IMG/VR virus record: IMGVR_UViG_3300044768_000009
Coordinates: 1 to 27,873 of that record
Source: a virus
Taxonomy: Duplodnaviria; Caudoviricetes
Length of the DNA stretch: 27,873 nt
Reading direction: 5' to 3' (one strand)
The notes beneath the pieces were generated by a model. The model saw nothing but the letters and a program-made list of their open reading frames with translations, did not search any database and had not been told where the DNA came from. Below, piece after piece: positions 7,273 to 15,082 of this stretch. A program made the translations under genes and the position numbers. Positions within the stretch are counted from its first letter, which is position 1. Every line of letters starts with the position of its first letter.

Positions 7273-9318
7273 ATCGCGAGCAACACTACGCTCAACCCCG
7301 GCGTGTCAGGGGACGTCATTGCGACAAAGGAGCGCACGCACGACGGTGACGCCACGAAGGTTCAAGTTGTTACGCTTGCCGGTGTCACGGGCACGGAGGG
7401 CGCGTATACCTTTGCCGATGTGGCTGCAGGCGCCGGCGCAGAGGCGGCAGCGCTGCGGGTTACGCTCGCGACTGAGTCGTTAGCCGCGCTTGAGACGATC
7501 AGCGTTGCGGCCATTGCGGCCGGTGACAACAACATCGGCAATGTCGATATCGTGTCTTTGCCGGCCTCGACGAATACCCTCGAAGTCGTCGGCGACGCGG
7601 CGCACGACGCAGCCGCAGCAGGTAACCCCGTCCTGATCGGTGGCTACGCCTCGGCGACAGAGCCTGCCGATACGAGCGCGGACGGCGATGCGGCTCAATT
7701 GTGGCTGCTACGCTCTGGCCTGCTGCCCACGACGATGCGCGACTCCGTCGGCGACTCAGCCATGGACGACGCCAACAACGCACTGCGAGTCAACGTCGTG
7801 GCGGGCGGCGCGGCGGGCGGAACCTCGACGGCAGACGATGCGGACTTCACCGCTGGCACGACTGCGGGCACATCGATCCAGGGTGTATACGAGTCCAGCC
7901 CGACGAGCGTGACGGATGGCGATCTGGGAACGGTAGGGATCACCCAGACGCGAGCCCTGAAGGTATCGATTGCCTCCGGTGGCATCGCCGGCGTCGTGGA
8001 AGACGCGGTAGCGGCGGGTGCGGAAGAGGGGATCATGGTCCTGGCGGTGCGCCGGGATGCGGCGAGTTCTGGCGTGAGCGCTGACGGAGATTTTGCCGCT
8101 TTGTCGGTGACTTCGGACGGCTCGCTGCGGGTATCCGGATCCTCCGGCACCACTCAGTACACCGAAGATGGCGCAAGTGCAGGCGCCGAAGCGCTGTGCT
8201 TGATGGGCGCGGTACGCCGGGATACGGCGGCGTCCAGTTCTGGAACGGACGGGGACTATTCCACGATCAACGTGGATGCCAGCGGTCGCGTTCACGTCAA
8301 CGTCGGGGCATTGCCTGCGTCGACCAACACCATTGAGGTCGTTGGCGATGCCGCCCATGACGCCGCCGCCGCCGGCAACCCGGTACTGAACGGCGCCTAT
8401 GCCTCTGCGGCGGCTCCAACAGATGTTTCTGCCGATGCGGACGCGGTCCGTCTTTGGGCTTTGCGCAGCGGCGCGCTGGCGGTCCAACCCACCATGGCGG
8501 GCGTGCTGGCCGTCGCCGGAAACGGCGCCTCTGGCACGGGCGTCCAGCGCGTCACCATTGCCAATGACTCCACCGGCATTTTAGCGACCGTCACCAACGT
8601 CGCTACGATCGGTACGTCGGTCACGCCTGGCACGGCAGCGGCCAATCTCGGCAAAGCAGAAGACGCTGCGCACGGCTCGGGCGACACCGGCGTCATGTCC
8701 CTCGCGGTGCGGACAGATACTGCGGCGGCATCCTCTGGCACGACGGGCGACTACGAGCCACTCCACACCGACTCGGTAGGCGCCCTGTGGACGCGAAGCA
8801 CGGGCGAGCTGGCTGATGATGCCGCATTCACCCCCGGCACATCCCGCGTGCTTCCTGTCGGTTTCCAGGCCGATGAGACCGCAACCGACAGCGTCGATGA
8901 GGGAGATGTTGGCGCGGCCAGGATTACGCTGGACCGCAAGCAGATTGTCACCCTACAGCCGCATACTCAGGGCGGATTGACCATCTTCCGGTCCCTGGAT
9001 ATCGATGAGACGGAAGAGGACGTCAAGACTTCCGCGGGGCAGTTGTACTTCATCCATGCCATGAACATGGTGGCCACGGCGCGGTATTTGAAGTTCTACA
9101 ACGCGACGGCGGCGAACGTCACCGTGGGGACGACGACTCCATTGCTCACGTTCCCTGTTCCTGCAAACAGCACGACCGGTGCCGGGTTCACTGTATCCAT
9201 TCCGCAGGGAATTCCTTTCAGCACGGCAATCAGCGTCGCATGCACTACGGGATTGGCCGACAATGATACCGGCGCACCTGGAACTTCGGATGTTATAATC
9301 AATCTCGGATATATGTAG
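7273..9318 (+). CDS. Long Ala/Asp/Gly/Thr-rich repeat fibre protein with C-terminal globular domain
   Basis: At least seven ~45-55 aa internal repeats. Start uncertain: ATC at 7273 after a GAGGT SD, or GTG at 7303. Confidence 0.75.
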   Translation: MASNTTLNPGVSGDVIATKERTHDGDATKVQVVTLAGVTGTEGAYTFADVAAGAGAEAAALRVTLATESLAALETISVAAIAAGDNNIGNVDIVSLPASTNTLEVVGDAAHDAAAAGNPVLIGGYASATEPADTSADGDAAQLWLLRSGLLPTTMRDSVGDSAMDDANNALRVNVVAGGAAGGTSTADDADFTAGTTAGTSIQGVYESSPTSVTDGDLGTVGITQTRALKVSIASGGIAGVVEDAVAAGAEEGIMVLAVRRDAASSGVSADGDFAALSVTSDGSLRVSGSSGTTQYTEDGASAGAEALCLMGAVRRDTAASSSGTDGDYSTINVDASGRVHVNVGALPASTNTIEVVGDAAHDAAAAGNPVLNGAYASAAAPTDVSADADAVRLWALRSGALAVQPTMAGVLAVAGNGASGTGVQRVTIANDSTGILATVTNVATIGTSVTPGTAAANLGKAEDAAHGSGDTGVMSLAVRTDTAAASSGTTGDYEPLHTDSVGALWTRSTGELADDAAFTPGTSRVLPVGFQADETATDSVDEGDVGAARITLDRKQIVTLQPHTQGGLTIFRSLDIDETEEDVKTSAGQLYFIHAMNMVATARYLKFYNATAANVTVGTTTPLLTFPVPANSTTGAGFTVSIPQGIPFSTAISVACTTGLADNDTGAPGTSDVIINLGYM

Positions 9319-9323
9319 CCAAT

Positions 9324-9411
9324 GCGTGCTGTAGCTCAGTGGGAGAGCAGGAGCGTCGAGGTTACCTCGGTTAGCTTTTCGTCGCAGGTTCGATCCCTGC
9401 CAGCACGCACC
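9324..9411 (+). ncRNA. tRNA-like RNA with canonical D and T arms but an extended, near-closed anticodon arm
   Basis: Acceptor GCGTGCTG/CAGCACGC; TA; D arm GCTC-AGTGGGA-GAGC; T arm GCAGG-TTCGATC-CCTGC; anticodon region GGAGC-GTCGAGG-TTA-CCTCGGT-TA-GCTTT; no encoded CCA. Confidence 0.75.
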
Positions 9412-9416
9412 TAGCC

Positions 9417-9824
9417 ATGCTGCTCACGCTCCAGCTCAACAACCTGCTGGAAGATGGGGCAGAGGACACCACCCCGAACCAGTTCAGCTTCACCGATCAG
9501 TCCGGGGTCGCGCTCTCAAGCACGATCACGAGCGCACCGGTCACCATCACCGGGATCGATGCCGCCGCAGCCATCACCGTCTCAGGCGGTACCTACGACA
9601 TCAACGAAAGCGGAACGTTCGTCAGCACTGAAGGCACGGTCGTCAGCGGCGATACGGTCAGGGCGCAGCATACGTCGAGCGCGAGCTATCTCACGGCCAC
9701 AAACACCGCCGTGACGATCGGTGGGGTGGCGGATACGTTCACGAGCACGACCGTGATCGATCCGGCGGATATCACCCACGCGACGAACGACAAGATTCAC
9801 TTCGGCTTTGGTTTCGGATTCTGA
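9417..9824 (+). CDS. Small beta-sandwich adaptor with C-terminal FGFGFGF tail
   Basis: DTTPNQFSFTDQSGVALSSTITS Ig-like domain; N-terminus MLLTLQLNNLL; C-terminus KIHFGFGFGF*. Confidence 0.75.
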   Translation: MLLTLQLNNLLEDGAEDTTPNQFSFTDQSGVALSSTITSAPVTITGIDAAAAITVSGGTYDINESGTFVSTEGTVVSGDTVRAQHTSSASYLTATNTAVTIGGVADTFTSTTVIDPADITHATNDKIHFGFGFGF

Positions 9825-9831
9825 GGTAGCC

Positions 9832-10101
9832 ATGACAAATCCCATCGGCCCGGTAACAGTGCCGTCGTATCCCGGCCGAGTGGTCGCCGTGACGGCGAGC
9901 GATTCGACGCGTTTTGCGCCCTCGGTGATTGTGCTCGGTAGCCCCGGCGTAGCCCACTTGATTCCAGCCATTCCGAACGGCGCCACCGCTATTGTATGGA
10001 CGACGACGGCTGAGAACTTCGTCGTGCCGGGCCTGTACGTCGGCGTCAACGCAACGAGCCTCACCGCCAGCGACGTGAAGCGAGTGCAGGTGAACGAGTA
10101 A
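9832..10101 (+). CDS. Putative capsid head-spike base protein (RcGTA Rcc01079-like)
   Basis: GAGGT SD; 89 aa; VAVTASDST...VIVLGSPG...VVPG...VNATSLTASDV resembles the family pattern as I recall it. Confidence 0.6.
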   Translation: MTNPIGPVTVPSYPGRVVAVTASDSTRFAPSVIVLGSPGVAHLIPAIPNGATAIVWTTTAENFVVPGLYVGVNATSLTASDVKRVQVNE

Positions 10102-10400
10102 TGTCTACGGACTACGGACTCACTCCCGACAGCGGGCCAGCGAGCTATAGCAAGACGCCAGATGAGGCGATCGCTGTCGAATTTCCGTGGGCCGCAAGAT
10201 TGGATGGCGAGACGATCTCCAGCGTGAGCTACGAACTGCCAGACGGGCTGACGAACGAGGCAGAGGCGGGATCGACCTCGCTGCGAACGGTGAGAGTCTC
10301 AGGCGGTAGCTGCGGTCTGTATCGCGTCATTGGGAAGGTGACGACCAGCGCAGCCAGGGATCTGGAGTGGGTGCAGCGGGTTATTGTGAGGGAGGGGTGA
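10101..10400 (+). CDS. Phage fibre-adaptor-like small protein
   Basis: KTPDEAIAVEFPWAARLDGETISSV...VRVSGG..G.YRV pattern; TAATG-coupled. Confidence 0.6.
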   Translation: MSTDYGLTPDSGPASYSKTPDEAIAVEFPWAARLDGETISSVSYELPDGLTNEAEAGSTSLRTVRVSGGSCGLYRVIGKVTTSAARDLEWVQRVIVREG

Positions 10401-10588
10401 TGGATACGATGCAGGTCGAGATTGAGTGTCGTCGCAAGGCCGAAGAAGACCGCGTGAAAGCGGAAATGGCGCTTGCCCGACAGAAGAACACGGAAGACCG
10501 GCTGAATATGGCCATGAACTTGTACATCGCGCAGATCATCGCTCCGTGGCAGGTGTTGGCGGATCAGATCCGCAGTGAGATGCGGTAA
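10400..10588 (+). CDS. Hypothetical 62-aa coiled-coil protein
   Basis: GGAGG SD and TGATG coupling at 10398-10402. Confidence 0.6.
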   Translation: MDTMQVEIECRRKAEEDRVKAEMALARQKNTEDRLNMAMNLYIAQIIAPWQVLADQIRSEMR

Positions 10589-10653
10589 TGCCCGCCGGCC
10601 GCCCGACTAAGTACAGCGAGGATTTGTGCGAGCAGGAGGGCGCTCGTGTATGA
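10588..10653 (+). pseudogene. 21-codon remnant resembling the N-terminus of a second terminase small subunit
   Basis: MPAGRPTKYSEDLCEQEGARV*, coupled on both sides (TAATG, ATGA). Confidence 0.5.
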
Positions 10654-11138
10654 GCCGCCCTTCGTCATACACGCCAGAAGTCGGCGATGAGATATGTCGA
10701 CGGATGGCGGAGGGTGAGTCGCTGCGCAGCGTTTGCCGCGATGACGCAATGCCTTCCATGTCCACGGTAATGCGTTGGGCAATCTCAAACGAGGCATTCC
10801 GGGAGCAATACGCGCACGCTCGCGAGTTGCTTATGGAACACTGGGCCGAAGACATCATCGAAATATCCGATGATGGATCAAGGGATTACGTTGCAACTAG
10901 CGACGAAGATGGAGCCCATCGTGTCGACCACGATCACGTATCTCGCTCAAGGCTGCGGGTCGACTCGCGCAAATGGCTGCTGTCGAAACTCGCGCCCAAG
11001 AAATATGGGGATCGCGTTGGCCTGGAGCATTACGGGCCTGGCGGCGGGCCAATAGAGACAAAGGCAACGATAGACATATCCGCGGCGACCGATGAGCAGC
11101 TCCGAGCGCTCTCTAGTATCCCGATTCACGATCGCTGA
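10650..11138 (+). CDS. terS: Terminase small subunit (Sf6 gp1-like)
   Basis: RPSSYTPEVGDEICRRMAEGESLRSVC...RLRVDSRKWLLSKLAPKKYGD; AGGAGG SD before ATG at 10650. Confidence 0.92.
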   Translation: MSRPSSYTPEVGDEICRRMAEGESLRSVCRDDAMPSMSTVMRWAISNEAFREQYAHARELLMEHWAEDIIEISDDGSRDYVATSDEDGAHRVDHDHVSRSRLRVDSRKWLLSKLAPKKYGDRVGLEHYGPGGGPIETKATIDISAATDEQLRALSSIPIHDR

Positions 11139-12684
11139 CGTTATTGCGGCTCGCCGGGAGCTGGCGCGGCGTAGCTTGAACGACTTCGCCTGCCTGATTG
11201 ACATTCCGACCGTCCCGCTGACGGATGCGGATGACGAAGACCAGTTCAGCGTCATGCGGCTGGACCGGCTGGTAAAGCATCACGCCTTGCTGCTCACGAA
11301 GTTACAAGGGGTCGAAGCTGGGACGATCCCGAACCTGATGGTGCTCATGCCGCCAGGTAGCGCGAAAAGCTCCTACGTCGACGTCGTATTCGTTCCCTGG
11401 TTCATGGCCAGGAAGTCGCGCCGCAACGTGATTCTCGCGAGTTACGCCAGCGACATCGCCCGCAAGCAGGGGCGGCGCGCGCGGCAATTAATCAAGTCAA
11501 AGTCGTTCGCGAACCTGATGGAAGTCGGGCTGAAGGACGACCAGCACGCCGCGGATGAGTGGGCGCTGACGAACGGCTCGGAATACATGGCCGGCGGTCT
11601 GTTGTCGGGGCTCACGGGCAACCGAGCGGCGCTGGGAATCATCGACGATCCGTTGCGCGGGCGTGAGGCGGCGGAGTCGGAAGTCATCCGGGATAAGACA
11701 TGGGACGCGTACATGGACGACTTCTGCTCCCGCCTGATTCCCGGCGCGCCGCAGGTGATGATTCTCACGAGATGGCACGAGTTGGATCTTGCCGGCCGGA
11801 TTCTTCCCGAAGGCTGGGATGGACAGTCGGGTCGCTTCGAGGGGCGCGACGGCCGGCAATGGGAAGTGCTCTGCCTACCTGCGATAGCTGACCGCGCAGA
11901 CGACCCGCTCGGCCGAAAGATTGGCGAAACCCTGTGGCCCGAGTGGTTCAGCCTGGAACATTGGGCGCCGTTTCAGCGAAATCGACGGACGTGGTCGAGC
12001 CTGTATCAGCAGAAGCCAACCGCCGCAGAAGGTACATTCTTCCAGCGCGCATGGTTTCGCCGGTATACGGCAGACCAGTTGCCGAAGAATCTGCGCAAGT
12101 ACATCAGCAGCGATCACGCGCCCGCTGGCGAGAGCGATAGCGACTATTCCTGCGTCCGCGTCTGGGGCATTGATGAGCGCGGCGACTTGTGGCTGCTCGA
12201 CGGCTTCCGGCATCAGGCCACGATGGATGTGACCGCCGAGCGAATCGTCGGGAGCAAAGCCGAGAAGAAAGCCGGCCTGATCCAGAAGCACAAGCCGCTG
12301 TGCTGGTTTCCCGAGGACGACAACAACTGGAAGTCCGTGGCGGGATTCGTGACCAAAGCGATGCGCAAGGAAGGCACGTACTGCCGCGTCGAGCCGATGA
12401 GCCCGCATGGAGCGGACAAGCAGATCAAGGCGCAGGCGTTCCAGGGCATGGCCGCAATGGGCTGTGTGTGGCTCCCCGTGGGTCCGGAAGGCGATGACGT
12501 GCTTGATCAGTACCTGAAGTTCCCCGGCGGCAAGAACGATGACGAGGTTGATGCGGCTGGCGTTATCGGCCGAGCGATTGACCAGGCGCATCCCGCATTG
12601 GCGACGCAATCGAAGCCGACCGAACCAGCCGACCGTTACCGCGAAGTGAAAAAGGCAGAGAGTAAAAAGTGGCGAGCAGTGTAG
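11092..12684 (+). CDS. terL: Terminase large subunit
   Basis: Walker A MPPGSAKS, Walker B IIDDP, coupling motif LTRWH, nuclease residues SSDHA...DDEVDA. Confidence 0.96.
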   Translation: MSSSERSLVSRFTIADVIAARRELARRSLNDFACLIDIPTVPLTDADDEDQFSVMRLDRLVKHHALLLTKLQGVEAGTIPNLMVLMPPGSAKSSYVDVVFVPWFMARKSRRNVILASYASDIARKQGRRARQLIKSKSFANLMEVGLKDDQHAADEWALTNGSEYMAGGLLSGLTGNRAALGIIDDPLRGREAAESEVIRDKTWDAYMDDFCSRLIPGAPQVMILTRWHELDLAGRILPEGWDGQSGRFEGRDGRQWEVLCLPAIADRADDPLGRKIGETLWPEWFSLEHWAPFQRNRRTWSSLYQQKPTAAEGTFFQRAWFRRYTADQLPKNLRKYISSDHAPAGESDSDYSCVRVWGIDERGDLWLLDGFRHQATMDVTAERIVGSKAEKKAGLIQKHKPLCWFPEDDNNWKSVAGFVTKAMRKEGTYCRVEPMSPHGADKQIKAQAFQGMAAMGCVWLPVGPEGDDVLDQYLKFPGGKNDDEVDAAGVIGRAIDQAHPALATQSKPTEPADRYREVKKAESKKWRAV

Positions 12685-14579
12685 AGAAACCCAAGACGGC
12701 GAGTGAAGACGCTCACTCCCTCGTCAAACAGCAGTTTCTCGATTCCGAAAACTCGACGCTGACGGAGCGCACTGAGGCTGAGACGCACCGCGCGTACTTC
12801 GATGGCAAGCAGTGGACGGACGAGGAAGTCGCCGAGATCGAGGCTCGCGGCCAACCGGTCATCACCGACAACAAGATCAAAGACAAGGTCGAGTATTTGC
12901 TCGGGATGGAGCGTAAGACGCGCACCGACCCGAAGGCGTATCCCAGGAATGCGCGGGATGAAGCCTCAGCAGACGCCGCGACCGATGCGCTGCGCTATGT
13001 CGCCGACGACAACATGTTCAATTACGTGCGCTCCGATGCCTCGGAGAACATGTTTATCGAAGGCCGCGGCGCGATCGAGATCATCGTCGACAAGAAGTAC
13101 GGCGGCAAGATCCCGAAGATTTGCTTAAGGCACATCCGCTGGGATCGCCTGTACGTCGACCCACATTCGATGAAGGCGGACTACTCGGATAAGTCCTACG
13201 TCGGCACGATCACGTGGATGGATTTCGATGTCGCGGTCGAGAAGTGGAAAGACAGGCGCGCCGTTCTGGACCTGTCCTTCGCCGAAGTCATGCCGAGCGA
13301 GACTTACGACGACACGCCGCAGTTCGTCATTCTCACGACGACGCGCAAGCGTATTCAGATCTTCCAGCACTACTACCTGAAAGGCGGCAAGTGGTGGTAC
13401 TGCGAATTTGTGAGCGGTGGCTTTCTCAAAGACCCAGCCGAATCTGCGTATCTCGATGAGAACAGAGAGCCGAGCTGCCCGATTGAAGTCCAGGCGATGT
13501 ATCGGGAAGGCAAGACCGGCCGCGCGTATGGCGTGATTCGCCGATACAAGGACCTGCAGGACGACTGGAACAAGAGGCGTTCGAAGTCGCTGCACTACCT
13601 GAACACGAATCAGGTCGTGATGGAGGATGGCGCGGCGGGATCTGAGCCGGATGCGGTGGACCGCGTGCGCGCCGAGGCGGCGAGGCCGGACGGGGTCATT
13701 CGTCGCATTCCCGGGATGGAGCTGGAGCTGGTGAAGAATCTGGACCTGTCGCAGGGCCACATCAGCTTGATGATGCTCACCGGCCAGTCGCTCGATGCCA
13801 CCGGGCCCAATGCGGCGCTATCCGGCCAGACCGGCAGCATCTCAGGCCGCGCCAAGCAGATCGACCAGCAAGGCGGACTGGTCCAGATCGACAAGCCGTT
13901 CGATGCGATCAAATACCTGACCCTTCGCGTCTATCGTCAAGTGTGGAACCGCGTGAAGCAGTTCTGGACGGCCGAGACCTGGATTCGCGTGCGCGATGAT
14001 GAGCAGCTGAAGTTTGTCGCGCTGAATCGCAAGGTGACACGTGCCGAGGTGATCGCCGACGAACTGAAGTCAGCGGATATGCCGGATGAAGAGAAGGCCG
14101 CCATCCTGCAGCAGATCGCGAGTGATCCTTGGTACAAAGAGCCCGTCGTGCTGAACAATGTCGCGGAGATCGACGTGGACATCACCATCGACGACAGCCC
14201 GGACGTGCTTACGCTGCAGCAGGAGCAGTTCGGCACACTGGCTGAGTTGGCCAAGGCGGGTTTGCCGATCCCGCCCAAGGCGCTGATCGAAGCGTCCAGC
14301 CTGCGCAACAAACGCAAGATTCTGGATGCCATGTCTGGCGCCAACGATCCGATGCAACAGCAGATGGCACAGGTGCAGCAGCAGCTTGCGCAACTGGAAC
14401 TGTCCAATAAGCAGATGCAGGGGATGTTGCTGGAAGCTCAAGTGCGCAAGACCGTCACGGAAGCCGAGAAGAACGCGGCGGCCACGGTGGAATCCAATGT
14501 GGATGCGGCCGTCAAGGTCGCGCAGTTCATCTCGCCCGAGACGCCGGCGGCACCGAAGACGCAGGTTTCAGTCAATTGA
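12669..14579 (+). CDS. Portal protein (P22-like, with C-terminal Gln-rich barrel)
   Basis: YFDGKQWT...RGQPVITDNKIK; follows TerL; Q-rich coiled-coil tail. Confidence 0.92.
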   Translation: MASSVEKPKTASEDAHSLVKQQFLDSENSTLTERTEAETHRAYFDGKQWTDEEVAEIEARGQPVITDNKIKDKVEYLLGMERKTRTDPKAYPRNARDEASADAATDALRYVADDNMFNYVRSDASENMFIEGRGAIEIIVDKKYGGKIPKICLRHIRWDRLYVDPHSMKADYSDKSYVGTITWMDFDVAVEKWKDRRAVLDLSFAEVMPSETYDDTPQFVILTTTRKRIQIFQHYYLKGGKWWYCEFVSGGFLKDPAESAYLDENREPSCPIEVQAMYREGKTGRAYGVIRRYKDLQDDWNKRRSKSLHYLNTNQVVMEDGAAGSEPDAVDRVRAEAARPDGVIRRIPGMELELVKNLDLSQGHISLMMLTGQSLDATGPNAALSGQTGSISGRAKQIDQQGGLVQIDKPFDAIKYLTLRVYRQVWNRVKQFWTAETWIRVRDDEQLKFVALNRKVTRAEVIADELKSADMPDEEKAAILQQIASDPWYKEPVVLNNVAEIDVDITIDDSPDVLTLQQEQFGTLAELAKAGLPIPPKALIEASSLRNKRKILDAMSGANDPMQQQMAQVQQQLAQLELSNKQMQGMLLEAQVRKTVTEAEKNAAATVESNVDAAVKVAQFISPETPAAPKTQVSVN

Positions 14580-14586
14580 GGCACGT

Positions 14587-14919
14587 ATGAAGCTGACCAG
14601 CATGGAAATGACCAAGGCCGAGAAGAAAGAAAGCTCGCCTGTGGCCATGCCTGAATACAACGGGCCGGATTTTCCATACGGTTTGAAGCTGTGCTTGGAC
14701 AATGCCTCGCTCGAAAAACTCGGCTTCGGCACGTTGCCCAAGGTTGGCGCGAAGATGTCGATCAGCGCGACTGGCGTTGTCGTCGAAGTCAGCCAGCACG
14801 AGAGCAAGAATCACGAATCCCGCCGCGTTGAGATTCAGATCCAGCGCCTGGGCGTCGAGGACGAAGACGAGAGCGACGAGTTGGAATCGATCGTCAAGCG
14901 CCGAGCCAAGAGCGGCTAA
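14587..14919 (+). CDS. Small head protein (capsid-staple-like)
   Basis: FPYGLKLCLDNASLEKLG motif; GAGG SD before ATG at 14587; lies between portal and scaffold. Confidence 0.65.
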   Translation: MKLTSMEMTKAEKKESSPVAMPEYNGPDFPYGLKLCLDNASLEKLGFGTLPKVGAKMSISATGVVVEVSQHESKNHESRRVEIQIQRLGVEDEDESDELESIVKRRAKSG

Positions 14920-14944
14920 CGCTCCACCAACAAGATTTCGAGAT

Positions 14945-14970
14945 GGCCGCCATTGAGCGGCCTTTCATTT
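14945..14970 (+). terminator. Terminator-like hairpin
   Basis: GGCCGC-CATTGA-GCGGCC-TTTCATTT. Confidence 0.55.
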
Positions 14971-14974
14971 CTAC

Positions 14975-15074
14975 GGTTCCGCTGTCCGTAACAGCGGCGC
15001 GACTGCGGCGATACGGCTGATTCGGGTTCTTGCTCGCCCGCCCTTGAGCAAGCGCGACTGCGGCGATACGGCTG
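14975..15074 (+). repeat. Tandem structured leader: two copies of a 7-bp hairpin plus a 23-bp perfect direct repeat
   Basis: GCGCGACTGCGGCGATACGGCTG at 14997-15019 and 15052-15074. Confidence 0.85.
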
Positions 15075-15082
15075 TTGGAGAC

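Noticed and set aside
7555-8475. Diversity-generating retroelement template/variable repeat pair
   Set aside because: Both copies are in-frame coding repeats, differences are not adenine-specific, and no reverse transcriptase is present.
5464-9411. Ochre suppression by the tRNA-like RNA (TTA at the hairpin apex) fusing the two in-frame ORFs across TAA 7255
   Set aside because: A 3-nt loop on an over-long arm is unlikely to decode, many essential genes here end in TAA, and the downstream ORF has its own SD.
9384-9411. attP/attL site made of a tRNA 3' end
   Set aside because: Both halves of the tRNA-like fold are present, phage late genes continue on both sides, and there is no integrase in the window.
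14997-15074. CRISPR mini-array (23-bp repeats with a 32-bp spacer)
   Set aside because: Only two copies, no cas genes, and the spacer is itself a positioned hairpin in a gene leader.
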